Source of the DNA: Polyangiaceae bacterium
GTDB taxonomy: Bacteria > Myxococcota_A > Polyangia > Polyangiales > Polyangiaceae
Length of the DNA stretch: 64,000 nt
Direction of reading: 5' to 3'
NCBI GenBank assembly: GCA_033763455.1
Contig: JANRKO010000019.1
Location: 128,001-192,000, forward strand
Shown here: positions 10,306-20,051 of the stretch, in pieces
Position numbering within the stretch: the stretch's first letter is position 1
Layout of the letters: the number at the start of each line of letters is the position of its first letter
Notes under the pieces: model-generated
Databases searched by the model: none
What the model was told of the DNA's origin: nothing
The model's input: the letters and a program-made list of their open reading frames with translations, nothing else
Program-made: the position numbers and the translations under genes

Positions 10306-11478
10306 TCAGTTCCCCGGCGGCTGTGGGGTTGTGGCCACTGGCACAGGAGCCGCTCCTGGTTTGGGAGCATACACGCGCTGGTGTTCGGCGTAGGTGCGGC
10401 TGAACGCATGTTTGCCCCCGCCAACTGCAACAAAATATAGATAGTCCGTTTCTGCTGGGCTGAGAACCGCCCGAACAGCGCCGAGCCCAGGGTTGCAAAT
10501 AGGGCCGGGAGGAAGCCCTGGGTGGGCATAAGTATTATACGGATTCAGGCTGTCCCTCAGCATGGCTGGCGTTATCTTGCCTCCAAATCCAACACAACTT
10601 GGGATCGTGGCGCCGAGCAGCCGGCAACCGTAAGCCGCCGTGGGATCGGACTGCAAGGCCTGCCTTGGTTGAAAATTGGGGTCACTCAAGCGGTTGAGAA
10701 AAACTCCTGCTATGAGTGCACGTTCGTCTGCGCGCGCTGCTTCCTTCTCCACAATCGAGGCCAGCGTGAGGATCTCAGATACCCCCATACCAAAGTCATT
10801 TTTCAGGCGGTTGAGGCCATCGGGCTCGCTCTTAAGAACCTCGATCAGACGGCGGCGCGCTTCTTTCACCAACTGGTACAAGACCAACCGAGGGTCACTG
10901 TCTTCCCTAAAATCATAAGTGGCGGGGAACAGAAAGCCCTCGGCGCTTTTCTCCAGTCGGACCTCTTTGAGGGCTTCTGGATCGAAAGCCACCTTTACGA
11001 ACGCCTCCGCGCTACACACATCGTTCGCTTCTAACCGCTCTGCCACTTGCCAGCTATCGAACCCCTCCACGATAGTAACTTTGCGGGATCCGCGCTGCTT
11101 CAGCCGCCCCAAGCGCCTGGTAAGATCGCGCGGCGAAAGTGCGTCGTTGAAAATGTGGGAGCCGGGTTGGATAGGAACGCCGCGGCGCACGATGTCGAGG
11201 TAGAAAGAAAACAACCACGGAGAAGTGATGAGCTGTCGCTCAGCGAACAACTGGGCAACTTGCGTGCTCGAAGGGTTTTCTGGGATCTCCAGAATGACGC
11301 GTTTTCCCGTACCGGGGCCGGATGCGAGGGCCCAGCCAACAAAGGCGGAAACCAAGGCGCCGCCCGCCCCCAAAAGAGCCCCGAACCATAGCCATCCGCT
11401 GCGAGAAGGTCGCCGCCGCGCCCGAGCGCGCACCGAGCGCTTGGCGCGAGGCGCGGGGGTGGGTTTAGGCGAGTTCAT
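10306..11478 (-). CDS. mltG: Endolytic transglycosylase MltG
   Basis: N-terminal TM; EGFLFPATY, LASIVEKE, LQSDPT, PYNTY...GLPPGPICNPG. Confidence 0.93.
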   Translation of the reverse strand: MNSPKPTPAPRAKRSVRARARRRPSRSGWLWFGALLGAGGALVSAFVGWALASGPGTGKRVILEIPENPSSTQVAQLFAERQLITSPWLFSFYLDIVRRGVPIQPGSHIFNDALSPRDLTRRLGRLKQRGSRKVTIVEGFDSWQVAERLEANDVCSAEAFVKVAFDPEALKEVRLEKSAEGFLFPATYDFREDSDPRLVLYQLVKEARRRLIEVLKSEPDGLNRLKNDFGMGVSEILTLASIVEKEAARADERALIAGVFLNRLSDPNFQPRQALQSDPTAAYGCRLLGATIPSCVGFGGKITPAMLRDSLNPYNTYAHPGLPPGPICNPGLGAVRAVLSPAETDYLYFVAVGGGKHAFSRTYAEHQRVYAPKPGAAPVPVATTPQPPGN

Positions 11479-11893
11479 CAGCGGGTCTTCGTGAATCTAG
11501 CCAACCTTGAAGCAGAACTGCGGCCGCCGCGCTATCGATGCGGACACGCGATTGCCGGGTGTCGAGGCCTTGCTCGTGCAGGTGCCGTTGGGCCTGGCGC
11601 GTCGTGAGGCGCTCGTCCAGCAGCTCCACGGCTATGCCTGTGAGAGCGTGGAGCTCCGCCGCAAAAACGCGTGCACGCCTCGCTGGGGGCCCTTCGCGTC
11701 CATTCAGGTTGCTGGGGAGCCCAACGACGAACAGGGTGATCTGCTCCTCCTTGGCGAAGCGGGCGAGCGCCCGAAGCAGGCCCGGCCGATTGGCACCTGA
11801 AAGTGCTGGGCGGGGATGCGCCATCAGGCCGAGCTCATCGGCTACCGCGAGGCCCACTCGCACTGTTCCAAGGTCGATCCCGGCCGCTCGCAT
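11465..11893 (-). CDS. ruvX: RuvX/YqgF family nuclease
   Basis: GIDLGTVRVGLA, VVGLP, DERLTT, IDSAAA; start set at ATG 11893; ruvX-mltG pairing. Confidence 0.92.
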   Translation of the reverse strand: MRAAGIDLGTVRVGLAVADELGLMAHPRPALSGANRPGLLRALARFAKEEQITLFVVGLPSNLNGREGPPARRARVFAAELHALTGIAVELLDERLTTRQAQRHLHEQGLDTRQSRVRIDSAAAAVLLQGWLDSRRPADELA

Positions 11894-12011
11894 TTGGCCC
11901 TGCGTCGTATCACGGACCATCGGGAGGTTTGGCACCCAATCTGTAAAGCTTTGCACCCCGGCTTGACCGCGACGAACGGTTACGAGCATAAGCCGGGCAG
12001 GCGCGTTCAGA

Positions 12012-13760
12012 GTGAGCACACACAACCTCAGAAATTTCCTGCGAACGGGTCTGCTTTTCACAGCGTTCTCGCTACTGGCGGGCTCTGTTTCGGCACAGGG
12101 AGGCGGGTTTGGCCCTGGCGGCTTTGGCCCCGGCCAGCCACCGGAGCCCGCGCGCCCCTCCAAGAAGGCGCCCGCAAAGGTCGATCCTAACGTCCCCGAG
12201 ACGCACGCCGCCTCGGGTGCCAGCGATGCACCGCTCGGCACGGGGGCCGAACCTTCATTGCCCGAGCAACCCCTGGAGGTCCCTAAAGCCCTAGCGGCGC
12301 GCATCGGTTCAGATCTCGATCTCGACGATCTCGAACAAGGGCGCGCCACAACGACGGACCGTAATTTTTATGGACTGTATTACGCCGAGCAGAGCGGAGC
12401 CTATTCGCTGAAGCTCGCCTTCCCCGTTTGGATGGAGCGCAAGCAGCCCTCGCGCACACTGGCTAAAGTGGAAGATCGAGCGTCGGTATTCGGCGGCGTG
12501 TATTACAATCGGCGCAGCCACGAGCACGCCGATGACGTGCTTTTTCCCCTCTTTTGGAATCTGCGAAATCCGGCCGAAGGCGAGCGCACCACCATTGTTG
12601 GGCCCTTCGTGAATCGCCGTACGCGGACCGAGAGCGATGATTGGTTGGCGCCCCTCTATTTCACCGGCCAGCGCAAAACCGGCCACTATACGTTAATTCC
12701 GCCGCTCCTCACGTACACTTCCACCAACGCCCAAGGCGGCTTTAACTTGGTGGGGCCGCTCTTCTGCTCGTGGAAAGGTGGCAAGCATTGCGACACGCGC
12801 ACGGCGCAAGATATCGACATGGGCGTGGCCCCATTCTACTTCTACGGCCAGAACGATCGCTCCCAATACGAGCTCATCCCGCCGCTCCTGCATTACTACG
12901 GCTACAACGATCGCACCGGCGATTGGACGAACGTGTGGGGCCCTTACTATCGCGCCCACACCGAAACACGCGAGCTTTTCCACCTATTGCCCATTTATTG
13001 GAGCATCACCGGCAAAGATGAACGGCACACCACCGTGCTCCCGTTCTTTCACTACGGAACCAAGGGAAAATCATCGCTCTTCGTGAACCCGCTGTTTCTC
13101 ACGAGCCACGGTGAAAACGGCGAGAACCTCTTCGCCACCTGGGGCTACGCTCGTTACCGCGGCCGCACGGAGCTCGATATGATAACGCCTCTTTATTGGG
13201 ATTATCGAGATCCAGATACCCACTTTAGCCAGAAGCTATTGTTCCCGTTTTTCCTGTCTCGACAGGGCCCACGTGAATCCACGACAGTGCTCTTTCCGTT
13301 CTTTGGCAAGAGCGAGCGCTTCGGCATCAGCAACCAAACCTGGATCACACCGTTCTTTCAGCACACTACGGATTTGCGCGGCTGGAGCACGAATCTTCAC
13401 CCGATCTTCTACGCGGGGCGAAACGGCAACGATTCACACCTTGTGATCGCGCCTTTCCTCTGGGATTTCGCTTCTCCTGAGTCGCGCTCTACCGTCGGCT
13501 TCCCCTTCTTCTGGCGCTTCACTGACCGCAAGGAGACCTCGCAGCTGGTCGGTAACGTCTATTATCACGAGAAGTACACAAGCGCAGGTTCGGACTGGCA
13601 GATCCATGTGTTCCCTGCTTTCTCGTACGGCGAGAGCCCCGACGGGCACTTCTGGAATATTTTGTACGGGCTGGCCGGCTACACGCGCGAAGGCCGTCGC
13701 ACCGAAATGCGGACGCTCTGGATCCCGATCCCTTTGAGTTCAGGCCTGAAGCAGCAATAA
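12012..13760 (+). CDS. Secreted aromatic-rich repeat protein (hypothetical)
   Basis: Signal peptide, Pro/Gly linker, many (V/L/I)xP(F/L)(F/Y)(W/Y) repeats. Confidence 0.75.
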   Translation: MSTHNLRNFLRTGLLFTAFSLLAGSVSAQGGGFGPGGFGPGQPPEPARPSKKAPAKVDPNVPETHAASGASDAPLGTGAEPSLPEQPLEVPKALAARIGSDLDLDDLEQGRATTTDRNFYGLYYAEQSGAYSLKLAFPVWMERKQPSRTLAKVEDRASVFGGVYYNRRSHEHADDVLFPLFWNLRNPAEGERTTIVGPFVNRRTRTESDDWLAPLYFTGQRKTGHYTLIPPLLTYTSTNAQGGFNLVGPLFCSWKGGKHCDTRTAQDIDMGVAPFYFYGQNDRSQYELIPPLLHYYGYNDRTGDWTNVWGPYYRAHTETRELFHLLPIYWSITGKDERHTTVLPFFHYGTKGKSSLFVNPLFLTSHGENGENLFATWGYARYRGRTELDMITPLYWDYRDPDTHFSQKLLFPFFLSRQGPRESTTVLFPFFGKSERFGISNQTWITPFFQHTTDLRGWSTNLHPIFYAGRNGNDSHLVIAPFLWDFASPESRSTVGFPFFWRFTDRKETSQLVGNVYYHEKYTSAGSDWQIHVFPAFSYGESPDGHFWNILYGLAGYTREGRRTEMRTLWIPIPLSSGLKQQ

Positions 13761-13806
13761 CGCGTCGCTTTGGCCCGGCGAAGCGAAGGATGTTACGCTT
13801 TTGGGC

Positions 13807-14856
13807 GTGACCAAACATCAAGTTGTTGTGATGGGGGCTTCAGGGTTTGCTGGGGCGGAGCTGCTGCGGCGCTTGCTCTCACATCCGCATTTCGAAATCC
13901 TAAGAGTTTGCGCGACGGATCACGTGGGAATGCCCGTCAGTTCGGCGCACCCACATCTGGAGGGATTGAGTGAGCTTCGGTTCGAAAATCCACCCATCGA
14001 AAGCGCGATTGCCGGCGCCGACGTAGTCTTAATGGGCCTGCCGCACGACGTGAGCGTGAAGCTGGTGCGGGCGGTGCAAGATCCTAAGGTTCGGATTTTA
14101 GATCTCTCGGGTGCCTTTCGTTTGCGCGACCTCGTGCATTATCAACGGTTCTATGGCGAGGCCCACCCTGCCCCCGAGCTTCTGCCAGATTTCGTTTACG
14201 GCTTGCCTGAGCTCAATCGCGACAAGATCCGCGGCGCTTCGCGACTGGCCTCACCAGGATGCTTCGCTACGACCATTCAGCTGAGCCTGCTTCCGTTAGC
14301 CAAGGCGGGCTGGCTTTCGGGCACTGTCTCGACGGTGGCGGCCACGGGCTCAAGCGGAAGTGGAGCGAATGCCTCACCCGGTACGCATCACCCGGTGCGC
14401 GCGCAAAACCTTAAAACCTATCGACCCCTTCTGCACCAACACGCTCCCGAAATTGTGCGAACGCTGACGGACGCCGGAGCGCGCGATCTTTCCCTGGATT
14501 TTGTGCCCATTTCGGCGCCCCTCACGCGTGGCATTTTTGCCACTTCACTCGTCGATATACCCGGCAAAATAACGGAAGAAGAGCTCACCCGCTGCTACGC
14601 AGAAGCCTTCAGCGGCGAGCCTTTTGTGCGGATCCCGAAGCAACGCTTGCCTGAAGTGGTGGCGGTGAGCCACTCCAATTATGCGGAGGTGGGGTTCACC
14701 TGGGGGGAGCTGCGCGGCAATCTTCGACGGATTGCAGTCTTTGGGGCGCTTGATAACCTCATCAAGGGCGGAGCGGGCCAGGCAATTCAGAATCTTAATT
14801 TGATGTTTGGGTTGGATGAAAGACTCACCTTGATGGATCCCGGCGGCTACCCGTAA
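13807..14856 (+). CDS. argC: N-acetyl-gamma-glutamyl-phosphate reductase
   Basis: GASGFAG, DLSGAFRL, SPGCF catalytic Cys, DNLIKGGAGQAIQN. Confidence 0.94.
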   Translation: MTKHQVVVMGASGFAGAELLRRLLSHPHFEILRVCATDHVGMPVSSAHPHLEGLSELRFENPPIESAIAGADVVLMGLPHDVSVKLVRAVQDPKVRILDLSGAFRLRDLVHYQRFYGEAHPAPELLPDFVYGLPELNRDKIRGASRLASPGCFATTIQLSLLPLAKAGWLSGTVSTVAATGSSGSGANASPGTHHPVRAQNLKTYRPLLHQHAPEIVRTLTDAGARDLSLDFVPISAPLTRGIFATSLVDIPGKITEEELTRCYAEAFSGEPFVRIPKQRLPEVVAVSHSNYAEVGFTWGELRGNLRRIAVFGALDNLIKGGAGQAIQNLNLMFGLDERLTLMDPGGYP

Positions 14857-15167
14857 GCTCCCGCGTTCGCACACACACACAGCCCCGACCGTCTGCTCAC
14901 TTATGTCGTTCGCCGCGAGCACCCCCGGCTGGCCGGCGGCGCAGCCACGGGTTGAACTCGCTGGGTGTTGGGTACACCGGAGAGCGAGTTCAAACATAGT
15001 AACTTGTTACGTGTTCTCACTTTGTGCTTGACGACTAACTAAAGGGGTGCTGGGGTAGGCCGCTGAAAGGAGAGGGCGGGATGCCCTCGGCGGCTAACGT
15101 CATTGTTGCTTGGGGAGGGCCTGAGCAGGGTGGGGCTAGACACGTAATTAAATCAGGAAGAAAATCA

Positions 15168-17090
15168 ATGAAGAAGTCACATTTGCACATATTGACGGCG
15201 GGCTCCGCCACATTCGGCCTATTTCTCTCCGCTTGCTCAGCCGATCCTGCGCCAAACGAGGTCGTTGCTACTCAGAGCGCCCAGCTCAATGTGAAGATAG
15301 GCCCCGTGGTCCCCGATGACGCCACTGAGTTCTCCGCTGAGGTAAGTGTCGGCGCCGACGGAAATATCGAGAGCCGAAAGGTAACGCTCGAGGGTGACGT
15401 AACGTTGGTTCCCTTCGACGCGAGGACTTTACCAGCGAAGGCGGCCGAGCCGGTAGTTAAGCCCCCAAAGATCCACCCAAGCCTTGCAGCCAAGTTGCGC
15501 CCCGCGGACCCCGCAGCCTACACGGACGTGATAATCTCTGTTTCCCACAACGCGCCGTTTCCGCGCCTCACGCGGGTGCTTCGCACCGAATCCCGCACGT
15601 CCGCTGAGAACTTGCGGCGTTTTGCGATGCGTGACGCCGAAACTGTCGCCGTGGAACGCCTGCGCAAGCCATTTCGCGACGCGGTGGCCCAGCGTGCCCG
15701 AGAGCTGGGGGCTACGGTCACCGAGGAGTACACGATGGGAAATGGCATGGCGATGCGCATCCCTGACTCTGCCGTGGCAACGCTGGCCACGGTTCCGAAC
15801 GTTCTAAATATCAGTTTGCAGCACGACGGCACGCCTCCGCCCGCTACGATTTCAGATGGCACGAGCTTGGCCACGGGGATGAACTCCGATTACTGGCGGA
15901 CATGGATGGCTGGGAATACTGCCTCCCTCTCCGCGGCGCTCCTTGATAGCGGTGTGCGGAGCTCCCACACGGTCTTTAATTCACCTGATGGAGGTCGCCT
16001 CGGAAGGGCGTACGACTGCTATATTGGGAACGGGGTGTGCGACAACGACCCCCCGAATCCTCTATACCATACGCAGGGGTACTACAATGGTCACGGAACC
16101 GCCGCCGCTAGCATCATATTGGGCGGGAAGTCGTCCCAACTATCCTTCGGTCTCCCGTTTAGAGGCGTTAGCAAGGTGGACCTTGAATACTACAACATCT
16201 ACAACTTCTTTGGCCTCCTGGAGGCCGGCGCCGTTCCAAAAGCATTCATGCGAGCTCAGATGAACGCCGTGGACATCGTGATTGCAGAGGTCCAGGCGCT
16301 CCAGCCCTTCGACGGCCTGATTTCGAGGGCGGCTGACGACGCGTTCGACCAGGGTATCATGGTGATTGCCGCCTGCGGCAACCGTGGCTCAGTTCAAGAA
16401 CCCGCGGCGCCTGGCAACGCTCACAAGGCCCTCTCCATCGGGGACTACAATGCCCTCACCGGCGTGACCGCATACCAGAAATCAGGACTAACGGCGGACT
16501 ATCGGATAAAGCCCGACCTCCAAGCACCCACGAAAGTGGATACCGCCTGGAACGGATCTGACACGGCCATGTATGCCGGCTTCGACGGCACCAGTGGGGC
16601 GACCGCTTTTGCAGGTGGAGCAGCCGCAATCATGTACCACTGGTACAACCATGCCTTCGGCCTGTCGAATCGTCCTGGCAATGTCTATAGTGCGCTCCTC
16701 GCGCAGGGCGATAGCGGTACACTCGGATGGGATAACGGAGTGGGGAGGCTGAAATTGGTGAGTGCTTCACAATGGTTTACAGGAACCAGAACGGTGAGCA
16801 GCTCCGCTGCGATGGATGTCCCCTTCAGCATACCGGCGAACCGCAAGGACTTGAAGCTAGCCTTGTGGTGGCCAGAAAATGTGGCCGATGGCCACAACGA
16901 CATCGACCTTTATGTTTACAACCCGAGTGGCACTCTTATCTTGCAGAGCACATTGGGAGGAAGCGTTTGGGAGCACGCGATATTGAATGGCAACCTGGCG
17001 GCAGGGACCTACAATATGCGCTTGCTCCCTTACTCTATGAAGCGCTCGACGCAGCTTGTTTACTATACTATTGTGGTAAGGCAGATCTGA
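15168..17090 (+). CDS. Secreted S8 (subtilisin-like) serine protease with prodomain and C-terminal PPC-like domain
   Basis: Lipobox LSAC; catalytic LLDSG, GHGT, oxyanion AACGN, GTSGA; C-terminal NDIDLYVYNPSG. Confidence 0.88.
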   Translation: MKKSHLHILTAGSATFGLFLSACSADPAPNEVVATQSAQLNVKIGPVVPDDATEFSAEVSVGADGNIESRKVTLEGDVTLVPFDARTLPAKAAEPVVKPPKIHPSLAAKLRPADPAAYTDVIISVSHNAPFPRLTRVLRTESRTSAENLRRFAMRDAETVAVERLRKPFRDAVAQRARELGATVTEEYTMGNGMAMRIPDSAVATLATVPNVLNISLQHDGTPPPATISDGTSLATGMNSDYWRTWMAGNTASLSAALLDSGVRSSHTVFNSPDGGRLGRAYDCYIGNGVCDNDPPNPLYHTQGYYNGHGTAAASIILGGKSSQLSFGLPFRGVSKVDLEYYNIYNFFGLLEAGAVPKAFMRAQMNAVDIVIAEVQALQPFDGLISRAADDAFDQGIMVIAACGNRGSVQEPAAPGNAHKALSIGDYNALTGVTAYQKSGLTADYRIKPDLQAPTKVDTAWNGSDTAMYAGFDGTSGATAFAGGAAAIMYHWYNHAFGLSNRPGNVYSALLAQGDSGTLGWDNGVGRLKLVSASQWFTGTRTVSSSAAMDVPFSIPANRKDLKLALWWPENVADGHNDIDLYVYNPSGTLILQSTLGGSVWEHAILNGNLAAGTYNMRLLPYSMKRSTQLVYYTIVVRQI

Positions 17091-17116
17091 GCGACGGCGG
17101 CCTGAGGGCACATGCC

Positions 17117-18646
17117 ATGAGAAAATCATCGGGACCTCACACAGCTTTTGCCACCCGCACCGCGCATGGCGGCCTCCGTAGTGTCCTCATACTCATCCTG
17201 ATACTCATCCTGCCGGCGGTGGTGCTCGTCAGCTGCGGTCGCGCTAACGATGTTCCTCAGATGAGTGGCAGCGGCAGCCCGGTTTCCAACGGACCCCCCG
17301 TTGCCGATCTCGTGATCGACCCTGACACCTGCCCGGCCGAGGCCCCCGAGCTCAGCGAAGCGAAGCTATCCATCTCATTCGAGGCGTACCTGCGCACGCA
17401 CCCTGATCTCACTCATTCGATCGCCGTGAAGCTTCGAGAGCCTCGCTTCACCCCCCCTCCCTGCGACGGCGATACCAGTGACACGGTGCGCTGCGCCGCG
17501 CGGGATGAAGCCTTGCTGCAGCGTCAGGTTCTCAACCAAAAAGCCTTGGAATGTGTTTTCGAATCTTTTGGCCCTCCGGGATCCTTAAAGCAGCCATTGG
17601 CGCTGTGGTACGAGGCACCTCGAAAGTTAGAGAGTGGTCTACCCGTGCCCATCGGAGTTGCATTTTCGGCTTTGGCGTCCTGGTCACAAGTTGAGGTGGT
17701 GGCGAGACACCCTTACGTAGAACGCATTGAGCCCGCCTTTCGGACAGCAGCGGAGTTTCAGGTTGAAGCTCCCAAGATCCCGCTAGAGTGCCCAGCTGCA
17801 GTTGAGGCCTCGGCCGCGAAGCTCACAGAGGCAAGGTCAATTCAAGGTCAGGGTCGTCGCCCTGTCGTAGTGGAGCTAAAGTTGGAGCTCCTGCCTGAGC
17901 TGCAGCTCTGCGGATCGGAGGCTCTTTGCGACGCTGCGCTCAGCTCCGGCTACGAGCTTACGATCCTTGGCCGGCGCATGCTTACCTGCGTTCAAACATT
18001 CATCGATTCGAAGCTTCAAGCGCCAGCCTCGCGCGTAGCCTATGATGGAGCTACGGGCAATCCGATGGTCAGCATGCCACCATTTGGGGACCCTGTGCAT
18101 GCCGTGACAGCCTTCGGTTTGGCACTGACCTGGGAAGAAGTGCAGGAAATCGCCAAACACCCCTTCATCCATAAGATTTGGACGAGCGATGGCATCCAAG
18201 TAGATGCACCCCCTGAGGGGTGCCCACCGAAGTATGACGAGCCAGTTGCCCTGCCCGTCTGCCCCGCTACGACTGAGTCCGTTAGCGGGAAATTTAGGCC
18301 GGAGGAAGAAGCGCTCTGGAAGGCCACACCGGGCCCGCACGAGGTGATGATTTCCGTTGCACGGAGCGCACCGGTATGCCCACGCCCCGACTGCCCAGGC
18401 TCTGGCATACTTTCCTGCCCTGAGTACATACAGTATAGTGATCGACTCGACGCAGAGACGGTTGCTTCGCAAACCTGCGTGCGCGCGCTACTCGAAATGA
18501 TTGGCGGGGAGGAGCGGGTTGGCGTGTTTCCGCGGAGTACCCCGGGCATTCTTGCCCTGCTGACCTGGGCTCAAATTCAGGCAGTCGCGGCTCATCCACA
18601 TGTCCTGGGTATCAGTTCCACGAAACTGGGAACGCCACCGCCCTGA
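17117..18646 (+). CDS. Lipoprotein with three internal propeptide/I9-like repeats
   Basis: Lipobox LVSC; three repeats ending WSQVEVVARHPYV / WEEVQEIAKHPFI / WAQIQAVAAHPHV. Confidence 0.75.
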   Translation: MRKSSGPHTAFATRTAHGGLRSVLILILILILPAVVLVSCGRANDVPQMSGSGSPVSNGPPVADLVIDPDTCPAEAPELSEAKLSISFEAYLRTHPDLTHSIAVKLREPRFTPPPCDGDTSDTVRCAARDEALLQRQVLNQKALECVFESFGPPGSLKQPLALWYEAPRKLESGLPVPIGVAFSALASWSQVEVVARHPYVERIEPAFRTAAEFQVEAPKIPLECPAAVEASAAKLTEARSIQGQGRRPVVVELKLELLPELQLCGSEALCDAALSSGYELTILGRRMLTCVQTFIDSKLQAPASRVAYDGATGNPMVSMPPFGDPVHAVTAFGLALTWEEVQEIAKHPFIHKIWTSDGIQVDAPPEGCPPKYDEPVALPVCPATTESVSGKFRPEEEALWKATPGPHEVMISVARSAPVCPRPDCPGSGILSCPEYIQYSDRLDAETVASQTCVRALLEMIGGEERVGVFPRSTPGILALLTWAQIQAVAAHPHVLGISSTKLGTPPP

Positions 18647-19230
18647 GGGCCGCGTTCGAGCGACCCGACGCAGGATCGTCCCGACACACTTCGCAGGTCG
18701 ACGAAAGGGGGGCCTTCGCTCGTATCACCACGCAGCTCTAGATTAACCCGTTCACGAAAGGCGTACCTTCCAACATTGCTCAGCGGAAGGCGGTGTGATA
18801 GCAGGTAGGACAGCTGATTAAGCACAAGCGCTCTGAAACGGGAGAATCCCCTCCGGTCGCGGTCTGTCTGGCATCGTCTTAGATTAACTACTGGCAAACT
18901 TCTGCTATTCCGGTAATCCCCAATGGGGCTCGTTTTTTGGATTGGACATCCGTAGTAGTCGCCGCCACTTCCAACTTGTTTTCCCGAATTCCAAAAACGA
19001 GCTGCTGCCCCGGCTTTTCAGGTCGCAACCCCTCCGTTGCAGCGCGGAGCTGCCGCTTCATGCGGCAGCCGGGGTGGGCATCCAACCAATTCGGTGACGC
19101 CCTCTTCCAACAACTAGGATGGAGCAATTTCGATCGCTTACACACCAGGGGCGTTATCACCGGATCAGAGTGTACGGATGCGTTCCGGTGCTTTGCGATC
19201 CCGGCGGTTACCGGTAAGCTCCCCGCTCGT

Positions 19231-19950
19231 ATGCCTCAAGCACAAGCTTCCGAAACATGGGTGGTGCACCCACACGATCCGATTGAAAAGCTCGAATCGA
19301 ACCTCTGGCGTGTGGAAGGCAGCCTGCCGAACATGCCCCTTCGCCGCGTAATGACAGTAGCGCGGTTGGCCTCGGGTGGCCTGGTGGTCTACAACGCGAT
19401 CGCCCTTGAAGAAGCAGCTATGCAAGAGGTCGACGCCTGGGGCAAGGTGGAATACATCATAGTGCCGAATGCTTGGCACAAGTTGGACGCGAAGCGCTTT
19501 GCCGAGCGTTATCCCAACGCCAAAGTGATCGCACCGGCGAGCGGCCGCGAGAAGGTGGTGGCCGTTGTTGCAAGAGCAGCCGGGCCTGAGCAGCTGCCAG
19601 AGAACGCGGATATCGTGATTCAGGAATTCGGTGGCACCCGCGAACGCGAGCTTTACATGACGGTTCGTTCTGGAAGCGGGATTTCGCTCATTGTGGCCGA
19701 TGCTTTGTTCAACATGCCGCACCTTACGGGGGTGCAGGGCTTCCTGCTGCGGCACATCACGCGTTCCAGCGGCGGCCCCGTGGTATCGCGCGTGAGCCGG
19801 GCCATCCTAGTGAAGGATAAGAAGGCTTATGCTGAACAACTTCGGAGCCTAGCCACCCCTGATCTGCGACGGGTGATTGTGGCGCACCATCAGGTGATCT
19901 CCGAGAGCCCAGCCGAAACGCTGCGCCAGGTGGCCAGTACGGTTGGTTGA
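19231..19950 (+). CDS. DUF4336 / metallo-beta-lactamase-like protein
   Basis: RVMTVARLASGGLVVY, IIVPNAWH, LIVADA; start set at ATG 19231. Confidence 0.75.
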   Translation: MPQAQASETWVVHPHDPIEKLESNLWRVEGSLPNMPLRRVMTVARLASGGLVVYNAIALEEAAMQEVDAWGKVEYIIVPNAWHKLDAKRFAERYPNAKVIAPASGREKVVAVVARAAGPEQLPENADIVIQEFGGTRERELYMTVRSGSGISLIVADALFNMPHLTGVQGFLLRHITRSSGGPVVSRVSRAILVKDKKAYAEQLRSLATPDLRRVIVAHHQVISESPAETLRQVASTVG

Positions 19951-19988
19951 GGGCCTGGAGCGCACAGGATCAGGTGGGGCGATTACCT

Positions 19989-20019
19989 TGCAAATTCATA
20001 GGTAACCTATGAATTTGCA
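19989..20019. promoter_or_regulatory. Perfect 15-1-15 palindrome, putative operator
   Basis: tgcaaattcataggt-a-acctatgaatttgca ~30 bp upstream of the AAA ATPase gene. Confidence 0.65.
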
Positions 20020-20051
20020 TAGCCCAGTGGGCCCAGATTTGCTAGCTTGTC

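Noticed and set aside
11894..12349. Long N-terminal extension of RuvX
   Set aside because: Antisense to the 12012 gene; the RuvX domain starts at 11893.
16772..17116. N-terminal extension of the 624-aa ORF
   Set aside because: Overlaps the protease in another frame; the signal peptide follows ATG 17117.
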